64,000 nt of DNA from the NCBI GenBank assembly GCA_964016885.1, contig OZ024742.1:75950001-76014000 (forward strand), read 5' to 3'. Origin of the DNA: Eledone cirrhosa (taxonomy: Eukaryota). The position numbers and the translations under genes were made by a program. Below, one piece after another: positions 1 to 16,699 of this stretch. Position 1 is the stretch's first letter; every line of letters starts with the position of its first letter. The notes beneath the pieces were generated by a model. It was given only the letters and a program-made list of their open reading frames with translations. It ran no database searches and was not told the origin of the DNA.

Positions 1-1629
1 AAGCTGGAGAAGTTAATTTTAATGTGGAATTTTTCAGGGTGACTCTTTATCCCCATTTTTATTCAGCATCGCGATTATACTGTTAAGTAAAGAGCTCAAT
101 GAAACAAAACATGGATATAAAGTCTATGACAAAACCCTTAATCACTTGTTCTACATGTATGATCTGAAGCTATTTGCAAAAAATGATGAGCACTTGCAAG
201 GGCTATTATCCACTGTGAAGTACTTCAGTGGTGATATTAAAATGGAGTTCGGACTAGATAAAAGCGCTAAAGCCACGTTCACCAGAGGAAAGCTGTTGAG
301 AAGTTCAGACATTAATCTTGATCGGGGGAATGTGATAAAAGCACTTGATCAAGAAGAAACTTATAAATATCTAGGTGTTTGAGGAGACGGAATCAAACAC
401 TCGACAATGAGGGAAAGGATAAGGAAAGAATGTTACCGCAGAGTGAGAACAAAATTAAGAACGGTTTGAATGCAAGGAATAGGGTCGATGCCATAAGCGC
501 ATTTGCCATACCAGTAGTAACTTTCAGTTTCAATTTGATCAACTAGTAAAGCACAGAGATCCGTAGGCTCGATACAAAAATTAAAAAATTCTTAACCATA
601 CACAGAATGCATCACCCTAAGGCAGATACAGATAGAATATATCTCCCTAGGAAAGAAGGAAGGCGTGGATTAATCCAGGTAGATATTTTTTTTAAAGCTG
701 CAAATATTGGATAATCTACATATCTAAGGGAAGCACATGATTAGATGATGGAACTCGTTTTGAAACATGAAAGAAACAAAAAATCATACTCCATTTAAAA
801 ACGATGCACATAGATATAGTAATGATGTACACATTTCAGAAGTTCCATTTTCTGCTGAAATGAAAAACACAGAAAAGGAAAAGCAGATAAAAGTAACTGC
901 AAAGAAAGAACTGCTACATAAACTGGCTAAGAAATGGCAAGAAAAGCCTCTGTATGGAAAATACCCAGAAAGAGCTAGCAATCCTGATGCTGACAAAACT
1001 TTAACCAATCAGTGGTTGGCATCCTCTGAACTGAAATCGGAGACTGAAGGACTGATTATATCAGAACAAGATCAGTGTCTGCCAACAAAAAATGATAATG
1101 CCAACATCATAAAAAATCGATGCAACCCATTATGCTGTGTTTGTAAAAAACAACCAGAGATCACTGATCATATAAGTTCAATGTGCAGTCCTATAGCTCC
1201 AACCGACTACCTAAACAGACACGACAGAGTGCACAATACAAACGTTGGGTAATGTGTAAGCATTTAGACCCGCCCAATCAAAAGAATTGGTGAGAGCATC
1301 AACCACACCCCGTACTTGAAAAAGATCACATCTCGATCTTGGGGAACTTTAGCATCCATACAGACCAAAAAAATAGATGCAAATAGACTTGATATAATAC
1401 CTGAAAAATTTAGCAAGTTTAAAGACCTGGAGATAGAAATTGGAAAAATGTGGTACATGAGAACTAAAACAAAACCAGTGGTTGTAAGCGCTCTGGGAAT
1501 GTAGGAATGATACCCAAAGGGTCTAATGATTACTTAACCCAAATCCCAGGAAACCCGTGTATGGAAGAAATACAAAAGATAGTAATAATGGGAACTGCCC
1601 ATATACTAAGGAAGATTCTGTCAATATAA
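1..1629 (+). mobile_element. Decayed R4/Dong-like non-LTR retrotransposon, 3' part (RT plus restriction-like endonuclease)
   Basis: Broken frames give IFQGDSLSP, HLFYM(D)DLKLFAKN, MEFGLDK, YKYLGV, LKSETEGLII, a CxxC..H..C knuckle (CCVCKKQPEITDHISSMC), RHD, EKFSKFKDLEIEI and a terminal GTAHILRKILSI*. Many stops and frameshifts. Confidence 0.9.
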
Positions 1630-1834
1630 ATACATCACAAGTCTAAACACTTAAAGATACATGTGTGTGTGTGTATATATGTATATATAGTGTGTGTATA
1701 TATATATATATAGAGTGTGTAACGTTTTTAGAAATATTTACTTCTGCGTTCACAGATTGATTTTTTTAGTTTCAAAAGAACCAGTTAAGCGTGAAAGCAG
1801 CAATTCTTCGCTTAAACTTTAATCTGTTATTTTA

Positions 1835-1912
<78 letters not shown>

Positions 1913-2339
1913 TTAGCTCTGGTACTGGTTCAGTCTAATCCAACCGGATTGGCCTGTCCCAGTTATTCATAGAGCAACATCGGTTAAGGTTGGCACCATT
2001 AACTCAAGGATGGATGTGGATACATTCATGTATATGTGTGTGTCCGCATGTATCTGTGTGTTTCTAAATATATTGTTCATAACTCCCTCTGGTCGAGTAA
2101 TCTTTGAAGTCTGGTGACTGCTGGAAAGCTGCCATTACTCATACTTCTCGCCTCCTTCACCACCTCTTCTACGGCTTCGATATAAATACCCCCTCCGCCT
2201 CCGTTGTATTTTTTTCGGGGTCATAAGAGGCTTAGCTCTGTTTCTTGATCGTTGTATCACGTGACTATCTCCCCCTCCGCCTTTTGGGATTCTCTCTCAC
2301 ATCATATAGACGCGTTCTTGAAGCTAGTAAAACGAGGTA

Positions 2340-2429
2340 TCCTCTTGATAAGTCGGCAGACCTCGCAAAAGCTCTATATCTTTATGATGTATTGTTTTTG
2401 TTTATGCCACGAAACTACGTAGTCGAGGA
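2340..2429 (+). ncRNA. Type I hammerhead ribozyme, U3-A8 core variant
   Basis: TCCTC-TTGATAA-GTCGGCA..TGCCAC-GAAA-CTACGTAG-TC-GAGGA. Stem I TCCTC/GAGGA, palindromic stem III, GUC cleavage triplet. Confidence 0.75.
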
Positions 2430-2494
2430 ATCTAGGAGCAGTTTAGGTATGATACATTTTATTACTAATTATATCTAAATGTTTCTTCTCTCTT

Positions 2495-2558
<64 letters not shown>

Positions 2559-2828
2559 GAATGAAACGAAATTCCATTTCTCACTCTTAGTACGGCACTT
2601 ACTTAAATGTAAGTATGTATGTATGTATACGTACATACATATATGTATACAGACGTACAGTAGTATGTATATATATACACACATACACACATATATATAT
2701 ATATGCACGTATCGATTTACCGAACACTTATTATAATGCTCGGTTTGTTTGTTTGTAAACAAACAAACAGCCCGAATTACGCCGTACAGTGTTTAGGCAA
2801 CCACGTCATCTTTTTGTATGTATACGTT

Positions 2829-2886
<58 letters not shown>

Positions 2887-2889
2887 TAT

Positions 2890-3178
2890 ATTTTTGTACA
2901 TATATTTTTCCATACACAGTAACAAAATATAAACAAACGTATTTAATTCACGAGGCTCGACACCACCAAAAATAACAACAAAATATAGAGGGAACGCAAT
3001 TACATGCTTTTAAAAAATCTTAATGGAAAATTATTTGCCTATTCACTAAAGGCGACTTCACTTTTTATTAGGACTTCTGCATCAATTGGTAAACATACGT
3101 CGAAACTGTTTCAGAAAGGATGGATGATCATGCCAATCTATGTTTAGAATCCCGAGCATCACCGGGCCAATCTGTTAG
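2890..3178 (+). mobile_element. 3' end of a non-autonomous Helitron
   Basis: Hairpin CCCGAGCATCACCGGG at 3151 followed by TTAG|T, resembling the 3' end of the 32476-32991 element. The 5' boundary is uncertain. Confidence 0.5.
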
Positions 3179-3204
3179 TAATAATAAACATGATAAAAAA
3201 ATAA

Positions 3205-3385
3205 TTGTGTCTACCTTAGGCACAAGGCCCGCAATTACCAGTGCATTACTGGTACTTTATTTTATCGACCACGTAAGGATGAAAGGCAAAGTCAACCTCG
3301 GCGGGATTTGAACTCAGATCGTAAAGGGACGTAACTATGCTGGAAAGCATGGCGTCCGACCCTCTACTGATACTGCCAATCCACC
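3205..3385 (-). mobile_element. tRNA-derived SINE (Meta-like central domain)
   Basis: Reverse strand shows an A-box-like TGGCAGTATCAG, B box GAGTTCAAATC and GCCTTTCATCC..GTCGATAAAATAAAGTACCAG. Multi-copy in this window. Confidence 0.85.
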
Positions 3386-3513
3386 GCCCTTATGATAACA
3401 AAATAATAATCGTTATTACTGCCTTCAGCATCACCATCAAAATGACAACTATAATAATAATAATAATAATAATAATAATGTTAAACGATTTAATTTTTTT
3501 TTATTTACATCAC

Positions 3514-3601
3514 CAGTCTGAAGAGCAGGACGATAATCTTGTCGGATCCATTACACCCATGGGTGGCCATGGGCCAAACCTCTACGAAATGCGCATAACA
3601 G
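3514..3601 (+). ncRNA. Hammerhead ribozyme-like motif, imperfect stems
   Basis: CTGAAGA at 3518 and GAAA-TGCGCA-TA at 3586 (palindromic stem III). Stems I and II are partly mismatched. Confidence 0.55.
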
Positions 3602-3756
3602 TTCGATACACAATAAACATCTAAATACATGTCAACGAAGCTTCATCGTTCTTATTAATATATAAATTCTACCTGTGCTTGTTTCCCTACCACCACCAGT
3701 AATTAACTGAACCAACCATACCCAAACAAATAATACTGACTTAAGCGAAATATATA

Positions 3757-3795
<39 letters not shown>

Positions 3796-3845
3796 AATAA
3801 AAATGGCGTAGGCATAACAATACGATAAAATAGGAGGGAACATAA

Positions 3846-3897
3846 TAGTACCACTGATGATGTTGCAGATGTGCAACGAAAGAACTTTGATAGACTA
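3846..3897 (+). ncRNA. Minimal hammerhead ribozyme of a PLE pLTR
   Basis: CTGATGA-T-GTTGCA-GATG-TGCAAC-GAAA-GAAC-TT-TGA. Shares the GAAAGAACTTTGA 3' half with the 22677 motif. Confidence 0.75.
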
Positions 3898-3981
3898 TAT
3901 ATATATATTTATATCTGTATGTATACGTACATACATATATGTATACAGACGTACAGTAGTATGTATATACATACATACATG

Positions 3982-4041
<60 letters not shown>

Positions 4042-4043
<2 letters not shown>

Positions 4044-4527
4044 AACGAGTAGGACCCCCACGGCTGAGCTCAAGCCGTTTCGACAGCTATTTCTGGACTA
4101 AATGAAAATGTTTATCCTAGTATATGAATAGCCGAGCTTCTCAGGGGGGTAATTCCATATATGGTAAAAGTGATTGTCACAAGGATTGGTCAAAAGTCTG
4201 TTGTTTCGACTTCCTCCCCCTCCCTAGTATACTTGCTTGACCTCCTGCCCTGCTGTAGTTGGAACTATCCGCGCACGACTGGGTTTCCTCCACCCCTCTC
4301 CCTCTTTCTTCTACTGGCAGGTGCAGCTACCCCTTCCTTCCACAAATTGCCATGATATGTGTCTCAACAACAAACTTTTGACTAATTTATGTGACAATCA
4401 CTTTTACCATATATGGAATTACCCCCTGAGAAGCTCGGCTATTCATATACCAGGATAAACATTTTCATTTAGTCCAGAATTAGCCGTCGAAACGGCTTGA
4501 GCTCAGCCGTCGGGGTCCTACTCGTTC
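4042..4527. repeat. Inverted pair of PLE pLTR pieces, each with a hammerhead fold
   Basis: Arms about 4042-4190 and 4385-4527 are reverse complements. The same family recurs at 18600-18800, 29720-29875 and 48137-48195. Confidence 0.85.
4421..4516 (+). ncRNA. Hammerhead fold with CUGAGAA core
   Basis: ACCCC-CTGAGAA-G..CGGCTATTC..GAATTAGCCG-TC-GAAA-CGGCT-TGAGCTCA-GCCG-TC-GGGGT. A mirror copy lies on the minus strand at about 4054-4150. Confidence 0.65.
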
Positions 4528-4752
4528 CTATTACCCACTCTTCTAGCCTAAGTATTGAGTACTTTGGTGCGTTATGGTCCACCTGGTTCCTTACCACATT
4601 TCCTTCGTTATATATATATTTATATATATATGTACGTGTGGGTTTACCGAAGATTTATTATAATGTTCGGTTTGTTTGTAAACAAACAGCCCGAATTAAG
4701 CCGTACAGTGTTCGGCAACCATCGTTGCCCTTTTGTTCAACACTGACAAAGG

Positions 4753-4796
4753 AACGATGAACTAGTTTCTAGCTTATTAGCTGTCATCAGCACCGT
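4753..4796 (-). ncRNA. Minimal hammerhead ribozyme (solo relative of the 467-bp array unit)
   Basis: Reverse strand reads CGGTG-CTGATGA-CAGCT-AATA-AGCTA-GAAA-CTAG-TT-CATCG. Confidence 0.8.
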
Positions 4797-5059
4797 ATAC
4801 CAATCGATTGGACGTTTAAAAGTATATCCTTTTTGTCTTTTTGTATGTGTGCGCATCGTTTTGTGTACGTGCCTGTATTTGCATACCCATGGCTGCGTAT
4901 GCATGTGTATGTAAGTATATGGATGCGTGCATCTATATATTTAATTATTGCTGATTTCAATAACTTCTGTAATTTATTTACATTATTCTTAACTCTGAAA
5001 TAAAATAAAAATACCAGTAATGCACTGGTTAATTGCTGGCTTTGTGCCTAAAGTAAAAA

Positions 5060-6225
<1,166 letters not shown>

Positions 6226-6254
6226 CCCATTCTTTTCGTTACCATCTAAGAAGG

Positions 6255-7520
6255 AATATGACGTCAATTTCAGTTTATATCTGGAGTCTAAAAGACAACC
6301 ACACCCAATATAAGTTACACTGGGAGATCCTAGCTAGGGCTAGATCGTATAACGGTAATAAAAGTTCATGTGACCTGAGCGCCGCTGAGGCCCTGGAATT
6401 ACTCTACGCCACAGTCCACATCTTATACAAAAAATCTGAGGCAATTTCGGCTTGTAAACATAAATTGCACAAAACTTTCCTGTATTACAGCCCACGTTAT
6501 ACCCTAATGGATAGTACGATCTATATGTGGATATTTTACGTCTTGATGTGGGAGCTAAGTATATGTTTTGTTTATACCATTACTTATTTGCATAGGTAAG
6601 TATATATTACCCGTATGTTTTGTGAAGGTACGTATACCTTCTCGTACGTATATTTGATTGTTTATGTTATGGCGTATAATTTTATATATTCTGGTACATA
6701 AGGTTTGGCTTTGTGTATACGGGAGTTTTGCGTCTGTGTGAGTATGCTGGTTCGTACGTATGTAGGGTGTGTGTATATGTGTACTTCATGTTTTGGTTGA
6801 CTTACGTCTCCGAACATTCCTGTATTTACATGTAGGTATGTGTGTGCGCTTGTTATATACATATTTATTTATTTATATACGTTTATATAATTATTTATTT
6901 ATTTGTATACACGCATACACACACACACATATTTATATGTGCGTGGTTTTGTATACCTATGGTAAGTGTTTTGCGTATGCTTGTGTATGTACGTATTTGT
7001 TTGCGTGTATGTATTTATTTATTTTCTATTACTTCTGTATTGTATTTATTAACTTTGTTCTTAACTCTGTAGCGGAGATTCATTCGGTCTCCTAGTTAGA
7101 ATTTTAGTCTACGACTTCTGCTATACCATTTACGTGGTTTTGTCTTTGCGTGCTATTGTTCTCCACGCTCCACATATGACACATTATCTTCCTTTTTTTC
7201 GTTCATTGTCAGAGAACGTCTGTATGAAAAACCTAAGGAAACATTAGTCTACGACCTCTTTTATACCATAAACGTGGTTCTGTCTTTGCGCGTAATTGTT
7301 TTTCAGCTCCTATTAATGACGTATTATATTCGTTTTTTCCCGTTCTTTGCCAGCGAACGTTTACACGAACCAAAGTATCGTCTTCCTGTCTTCCTCCGGT
7401 TGCAACGTTTTTTGAAATATCTACTTCTGCGTTTACAGATTGACTTTGTTAGTTTCAGAAGATCCCGCTAAGGGTGAAAGCAGCGATTCTTTGCTTAAAC
7501 TTTAATCTGTTATTTTAATA
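6255..7520 (+). mobile_element. 5'-truncated Penelope-like element (family A): GIY-YIG C-terminus, long 3' UTR and pLTR
   Basis: TSISVYIWSLKDNHTQYKLHWEILARARSYNGNKSSCDL..E..KKSEAISACKH matches the PLE endonuclease C-terminus. The element ends in a hammerhead fold followed by (TA)n. Confidence 0.85.
7451..7501 (+). ncRNA. Hammerhead fold with A at core position 4 (family A)
   Basis: AGTTT-CAGAAGA-TCCC-GCTAA-GGGT-GAAA-GCA..TGC-T-T-AAACT. Further copies at 5513-5563, 26798-26848 and 39694-39744, minus-strand copies near 6036-6086 and 33860-33911, and a decayed copy at 1768-1818. Confidence 0.65.
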
Positions 7521-7521
7521 A

Positions 7522-7594
<73 letters not shown>

Positions 7595-8129
7595 TGGAGG
7601 CTTAGTAAAATCGAATCTTTGTCTGTGGGCAAGCAAAGACGACCTACAATATGAATGAATAAGCAAGTACTCAAGTGTAATAACATAGGTTTAAATAGCT
7701 TGAAAAATTGAACATTGTGGTAGGCAAAACCTAACACACAATACCGAAGTAACGAAAAAACTAACAGGTTGAAAAGATACACCTGGACAAATCAAAGGTT
7801 ATACGTTTAAAGTTTTTCTTTAAATCCGAAATCAAATATCCCACTTACGTAACTGGCACGCTCGTGGTATTCCATGATCGAACAGAGGACTCATTTCATC
7901 AACAGGGATTTCGTGTGCGTGTCTATATAGGGATGTTTGCATACATGAATGTATATTGTAAGCTTCACATTTCGTAAAATGTACAACCACTGTGCACTAT
8001 CATATATTTTGGTTTCCATTAATTCCCTGAGGAATTGGTTGAACAAATCTTTTGCTTAATGGTTGTTTTTTTTATTTAAAAAAAAAAATTCTTTCTCTCA
8101 GACTTCAGTTATTGACCCCTAAAGTATTA

Positions 8130-8230
8130 CAGTGGGCCCTGCAATGCTACTGCGGTCTACTGCAAAGCCACCGTGGGCCCACTGTGACCCATTTGCCATT
8201 GGGAAATCTGGCAACCTGGCCAGTCCGCCA

Positions 8231-8233
<3 letters not shown>
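8130..8233. mobile_element. Possible small MITE
   Basis: CAGTGG..CCACTG ends flanked by TA around a GC-richer island. The terminal inverted repeat (TIR) match is short. Confidence 0.35.
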
Positions 8234-8274
<41 letters not shown>

Positions 8275-8366
8275 TGCTATACTTTGGGAAGTCATGTTGC
8301 CAATAACAAATTCAGAAACGAAATATATATATATACATTATACATATACCTATCTATCTATCTATA

Positions 8367-8573
<207 letters not shown>

Positions 8574-8644
8574 ATATATATATATATTAGATAGTGAGGT
8601 TTTTTTACGAAATGAAAATTAACCGAGGTGTCCTAAACGAGTGA

Positions 8645-8942
8645 AAGTATAAGGAAGAAAAGATGAAATCTAAAATACAACTGGACTCTTATTTTTTTTA
8701 AAATATATATATTTATTTGGTTCCTTTCCGGTTTGGCAGTTCTTCTGCTTTTCAAAAGTAGAGTTGAGATGGAGGGTCTGTGGTTTATGTCACAGATGTG
8801 AGAATAACCACAGACCCTCCATCCCATCTCTAATTTGAAAAGCAGAAGAACTGCCAAACCGGTAAAGGAACCAAATAAATATATATATTTCAAAAAAAAT
8901 AAGGCTCCAGTTGCATTTTCGATTTCATCTTTTTTCTTTATA
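8645..8942. repeat. Inverted repeat with decayed hammerhead-like motifs
   Basis: Arms about 8645-8790 and 8810-8942. Motif TTGAAAA-GCAG-AAGAA-CTGC-CAAA-CCGG-TA. Confidence 0.75.
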
Positions 8943-8967
8943 TATATATATATATATATAGCGAGAA

Positions 8968-9042
<75 letters not shown>

Positions 9043-9756
9043 TATATATACCGATATATTTAGAGAGGTATGGTTCATGAAAACTGTATTATTTATTTAA
9101 TATATGCGGACTATATAGTCGTAGTGGTGTACTACATATGATCATTTAGTGTGCTTCCGGTAAAACTTGTATTTAAATTTCTCAAATATGCTCTTCATTT
9201 CTACGTGAATAATTAATGGTCGCAGATCAATAGTTCTTTGAGATTATTAGAAGAATTATTAACAAAATGGTATTACATTTAGTTAATTTAATCTCAGTAA
9301 CGAAGATTTATTATTGCTAACCTGATGTTGCAAATAACACAGAAGAATGCACCTAATATGATTATCCCAATTGTAGTTGAATGATTATATCCTCACAAAT
9401 ATACAATACAATTTTACTGACTGCATAAACGATATTGTGTTGATTGCAATATAATTTCTAAATAAGAATATATCCCACCCCCGACTAAGAAATAACCAAA
9501 GCGAAATTCAAGAACCTAATCTCATATAGGACGATTTTCTTTTCTATAGAAATCTTTAAGCAATGAAGTTTTGATTGATTTTATAACAAGTTTTCATTTC
9601 ATTGTTCGGCATATTGACAATGTTTCTCGGCACCTGAGCGAACACAATTTAGGATTTCTCACATATAGCATCGCACGGCCTTTCAAACATTCTAACGTTT
9701 CCTACGCATCGCTTGTACATTTGGTTTGTTTTAAGAAATCATAAATTCTCTGTTTG

Positions 9757-10143
9757 GATGGACGGCTGAAAAGTTCATAAGCTGAATAGGAATGAGTGGT
9801 GCTAGAGCTGTGAAATCTTGCATGCATTAATTTCAACTTTCATTATTAATAACTACATTGGGAGGTAGATTGGCAGTATCGGTAGAGCATCGGACACCGT
9901 GCTTCGCTGCGTCGAGTTACAGCCCTTTACGGTTATAGTTCAAATAACACTGAGGTTAGCTTTGCCTTTCCTCCTTACGGGAAGGATAACATAATCAAGT
10001 GACCCCCCCCCCTCCAATTGTTGGCCTTGTGCCTGAAATCAGAAACTATTATTAGTAACTGCATTCTTTCAACCAAGTGACGTTTCAAAAATAAACTCCA
10101 ATAGGTCATTCCATGACATCAACTTTATTCAACCGACTCGCGT
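9757..10143. mobile_element. Mariner-family MITE interrupted by a SINE
   Basis: Left end GGCTGAAAAGTTCATAAGCTGA matches the mariner TIR at 28598-28628. A degenerate right TIR ends in CGTA. The SINE sits inside. Confidence 0.6.
9862..10052 (+). mobile_element. tRNA-derived SINE copy
   Basis: TGGCAGTATCGG A box, GTTCAAAT B box, GGCCTTGTGCC..GAAACTATTATT tail. Confidence 0.8.
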
Positions 10144-10478
10144 ATATCTCACACACACAGATGCACACACACAAGCAAACACACACACACACACATACCC
10201 CCCGCCCATATATATATATATATATAAGTAACTATGTTTTGAAACAGCGAGTGAGTTTAAAATTAGAAATAGAAGCTTTCGTCGTATTTTTTCGACTAAA
10301 GAAATTTTAGCCTTGTAGCGAAGTTTAGAACCCTCTAAAAAATGGAAAAATATGAACATCAGTACTCATCTTTTTCAATAAGGCGAAAGCTTATATTTCG
10401 AATGAATATATATATCTATATATACATCTATATCTATCTACCCCCCCCCCTCTCTCTCTCTCCCTCTCTCTATCTCTT

Positions 10479-10521
<43 letters not shown>

Positions 10522-10634
10522 TTGTCTGTGTGTGCCTTTATGTATATGGTCATATATGTATGTGTCCATACAACTACTGATACAGTTTGCCTTTAGATCA
10601 GTCTACCAGGAAAATCTATTTTACTCAATAACCT

Positions 10635-10703
10635 GAGTGAACGAATTTACTCATATAGTGAGTGAACGAATATACTCATAAGTGAGTGAACGAATTTACT
10701 CAT
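10635..10703. repeat. Three-copy minisatellite, unit about 23 bp
   Basis: GAGTGAACGAAT(T/A)TACTCATA repeated three times. Confidence 0.8.
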
Positions 10704-10964
10704 ATATAGACACACATTAATTAACACCTTTAATGCATCTCATGCATTTTAACATATTTGTGAAAAACATCCCAAAAATCCTTATTTGTACATGGCAAAA
10801 AAAATATATTCACAAGCTTATGCCTTTACTTTTGTACTTTCAATCTTGTATAATTCTTGATAATTTGTCTTATGATTTTGAACAAATTGTTGTTATTTTT
10901 TAATCATTTTTCCTGGGGAGATGCGGATTGGAGTAAAACATCTATAATGGAGTTATTTAACTGA

Positions 10965-11395
10965 TAATTGAAAATTAGAATTGGTGCTCTGAAATAGCGA
11001 TGTATATATGAATGTATATATAGTGTATTTGGTAATACACTGTATGCTTAATTAAAAGCATTTTGAAGACCTCACGCTATTGTGACTATGTCACTTCTTT
11101 TTCAGAGCACCAATTCTAATTTTCAATTTTTTCTGGAGTGGCAGCCGCTCTGTATAATCAGTTCCTGATTATTACTGGAATTCTATAAGAATCCAACATT
11201 CATAATTTTCAACAAACAAACGGAGTGCTACGCTCTGAGAAATACCAACAGTATGAAACAGAGATATGTCAGCTTATCTCCCTTTGTTTGTTGAAAAAAG
11301 AAGTGACATAGTCACTACATCAAAACAATAGCGTAAGGTCTTCAAAATGCTTTTAATTAAGCATACAGTGTATTAACAAATACACTATATATACA

Positions 11396-11400
<5 letters not shown>
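10965..11400. mobile_element. PLE pLTR fragment with partial inverted copy and hammerhead
   Basis: 10965-11100 is inverted relative to 11100-11400. Hammerhead fold GCT-CTGAGAA-ATAC-CAACA-GTAT-GAAA-CA..TG-TC-AGC at 11232-11273 inside an outer hairpin (11209-11296). A relative lies at 19005-19630. Confidence 0.7.
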
Positions 11401-11466
<66 letters not shown>

Positions 11467-12269
11467 GTAATCTGAGTTTTTAGAATATTAATAATAACAT
11501 TCGATTCTTTTGCAATTATGCAAACAGGTCTCAATTTTATAGCCATGTTTGCATAATTGCAAACGAATAGAATGTTATTATTAATATTCGGAAACCTCAG
11601 TTTACATTTATTGTATTCAGCCATGTAGAGCGAACATTTTCTTTTTTATTTGAATTTGGCAAATCCGGCCATTTATCGCTCGTATACAGGAAACTGACTG
11701 GTCAGTCTGCTGATATGCAAAACTGGCTGATCAGACAGATCTGCATATTAGCAGATCAACTGATCAGCCAGTCTGCTAATATGCAAATAAGGTCGATCAG
11801 TCACTGTGTATTTTTGAAAATAGCATATATTTTCACTACCTCTGACAGTTTGGCAGGTGAACAGTCAGCTGTACTGATAAATGGTGATACCCAGAAACAT
11901 TAGTTTCTGGAGTTCTCTTCACATGCCAACACAAGAGCAAGAGCAATAACGAAGTGTTCATTCTACTGACATGGCTATAACATTGAGGCTTGTTTGCATA
12001 ATTGCAAACGAATCGAATGTTATTAATATTCGAAAACCTCAGGTTATATTTATTGTATTGAGCCATATAGAGGAAACATTTTCTTTTATATATATATATA
12101 TTTATATATGGAGGAAGTTATAGTTCACTTGAAGCATTGTGTAATGAGGTATAAACGTTTGTATTTGTATGATAAAGCCAAAACAATGCAGGTATAGACA
12201 TAGAATAAAGAATTCAAATGCAAAAGATATTGTTGACAATTAGTCTTTTACCTTAGATTTATTTAAATG

Positions 12270-13930
12270 TCCTTAATTTTCGTGATAATATCTCTTCTTC
12301 GGAGGGAAGTAAAGCGATTAAACCAGTGTTCTAAATAGCTTGCCAAGTCATGCTGACAGGAAATGGTATAGAGTATCTGTTCTATCTCTAATGTCAAAGA
12401 GTTAATGTTAGGTGGATAAAGAGTAGTCTCCCTTTAAATTTTTTTTTTTATATACATGCCTGTTTAAGTGTGTGAGGACAATGCGTGAATGTGTAAGTAT
12501 GTGTGTGTTTATCAAGATATGCCTATACGTAAATGTAGGGGATAGATGTTCTCTCGTGTTAGAACTGGTCTTTGTGTGTGTATATGTGTGTGTGAGAGAG
12601 AATAAGTGGAGGTGTAAGCGTGTGTGTGTGTGTGTGTGTGTGCGTACGTGTGTGTGTGCGTGTGTGTGAGAGGGGGGTGTAAATACGGGGCTAGATGCTC
12701 TATCAAGTTATAAATTGGGTGTTGAGTTCTAGTCTATTATTGAGTGGTGGTCGTGTTTTGTCTATAATTAGTGCTTCCTTAATTCTAAGATTGCCGAGGT
12801 TTCTTTCCTTAGTTTCTATCCTAACTGTTATGGTTTTGTCAGTGTTTTTGCATTTAACTAGGTGTTTCTTAAATGAGGAATCGTTAGTATTGAGGTGTTC
12901 TTTTAGTCTTATGTGGAGTGGTCTGGTGTGCTACCTACGTAGAAGTTGCGGCATTTGTCGCAATCTAGGCTGTATATGACGTAAGCCTGGTGGGACAGGT
13001 CTGTGTCGTTCATGGGGCAGTTGGCTAGCCTGCAGCGGTTATCATGTCGGGTGGAGTGTCTTTTGCTTAGCTGTCCGCGTAGAGAAGGACCTGAGTGGGC
13101 CAGTTGGATATCTAGTCCCTCTCGTTTGATAGCTATGCGGATGGCTGATGTTGTTTCGTCACTGAAGTTCGGGAGTTTCAGGAAGCAAGTGTTAGTGCCT
13201 CGGGTGTGGTGTGCTCTGTTCTTTCTGGCACGGTTTGTGGTGGATGTCGTGTATCCGTTCAGTTTGAGTACTTCCAGGAAATGTGTGGTGTGTGTGCCTC
13301 AGTCTCTAGCGTCGGTGCATTTGTTCCTGATACGTATAGTTCGTTCGTTATGTATCCGAACTTAGCGCCGACTGGGAGGGCCGATCTGAAATGTACGAAC
13401 AGGTCCCTGCTGGCGGCTTTTTTATAGAAGCAGGTGTGGATGTTGCCTTCCTCTGTTACCCTGAGTTGGAAGTCCTGTAAGGATAGGGATCCGCGGTCAT
13501 CGGTGTGTTCCATGCTGAACTTTATACTGGCGTCCATGCTGGAGAGTGTTGTGTATATTTTATCCGCCTCCTCACGGGATGATGTAAGGATGAGTATGTC
13601 ATCTACATATCGGGTGAAGAAGGTATGGGAATGGCAGGTCTTGAGGGATCGGCATTATAGCTGGTTCATATAGGTGATGGCCAGCAGGCCCGATAGGCTC
13701 GATCCCATGGGTAATCCTGTTGTCTGTCTGTATGTGTGGTGGTGGAAGGTGAAGTATGTGTTGTCCACTATGAAGGACAAAAGCTGGTGTATTTCCGTCG
13801 GATGGAGGCCGTAGCAGTGGATGTCCTCTGCGACCACGCAGTCCGTCAATAAATCGACAGCTGGATGAGCGGAGACAGTAGTGTAGAGGGAGACAACGGT
13901 CGAGACTAAAGGCGTATCTATTTCGGCGTA
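12270..13930 (-). mobile_element. Decayed Penelope-like element (RT plus GIY-YIG) with degenerate 3' hammerhead
   Basis: [53 protein letters not shown], then RPLHIRLKEH and LRIKEALII..PPLN. CCT-CCGAAGA..ATCAC-GAAA-AT-TA-AGG at 12270-12306. Confidence 0.9.
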
Positions 13931-13938
13931 TATATATA

Positions 13939-16485
<2,547 letters not shown>

Positions 16486-16699
16486 CACACAGACACATAT
16501 AACCACCTACACCCATACACATATAAATGTATACACGGGCACACACGCACACACACACAGCGTAGGATACCGGGCTCAAAGTCGATATTAAATACGATAT
16601 TAAATATAATATTAAATATTAAACACCGAAATACCACATTAGATCAGACCCACCACCACAGGTAATATATTCAAACAAATACATACGATGAGATGTATT

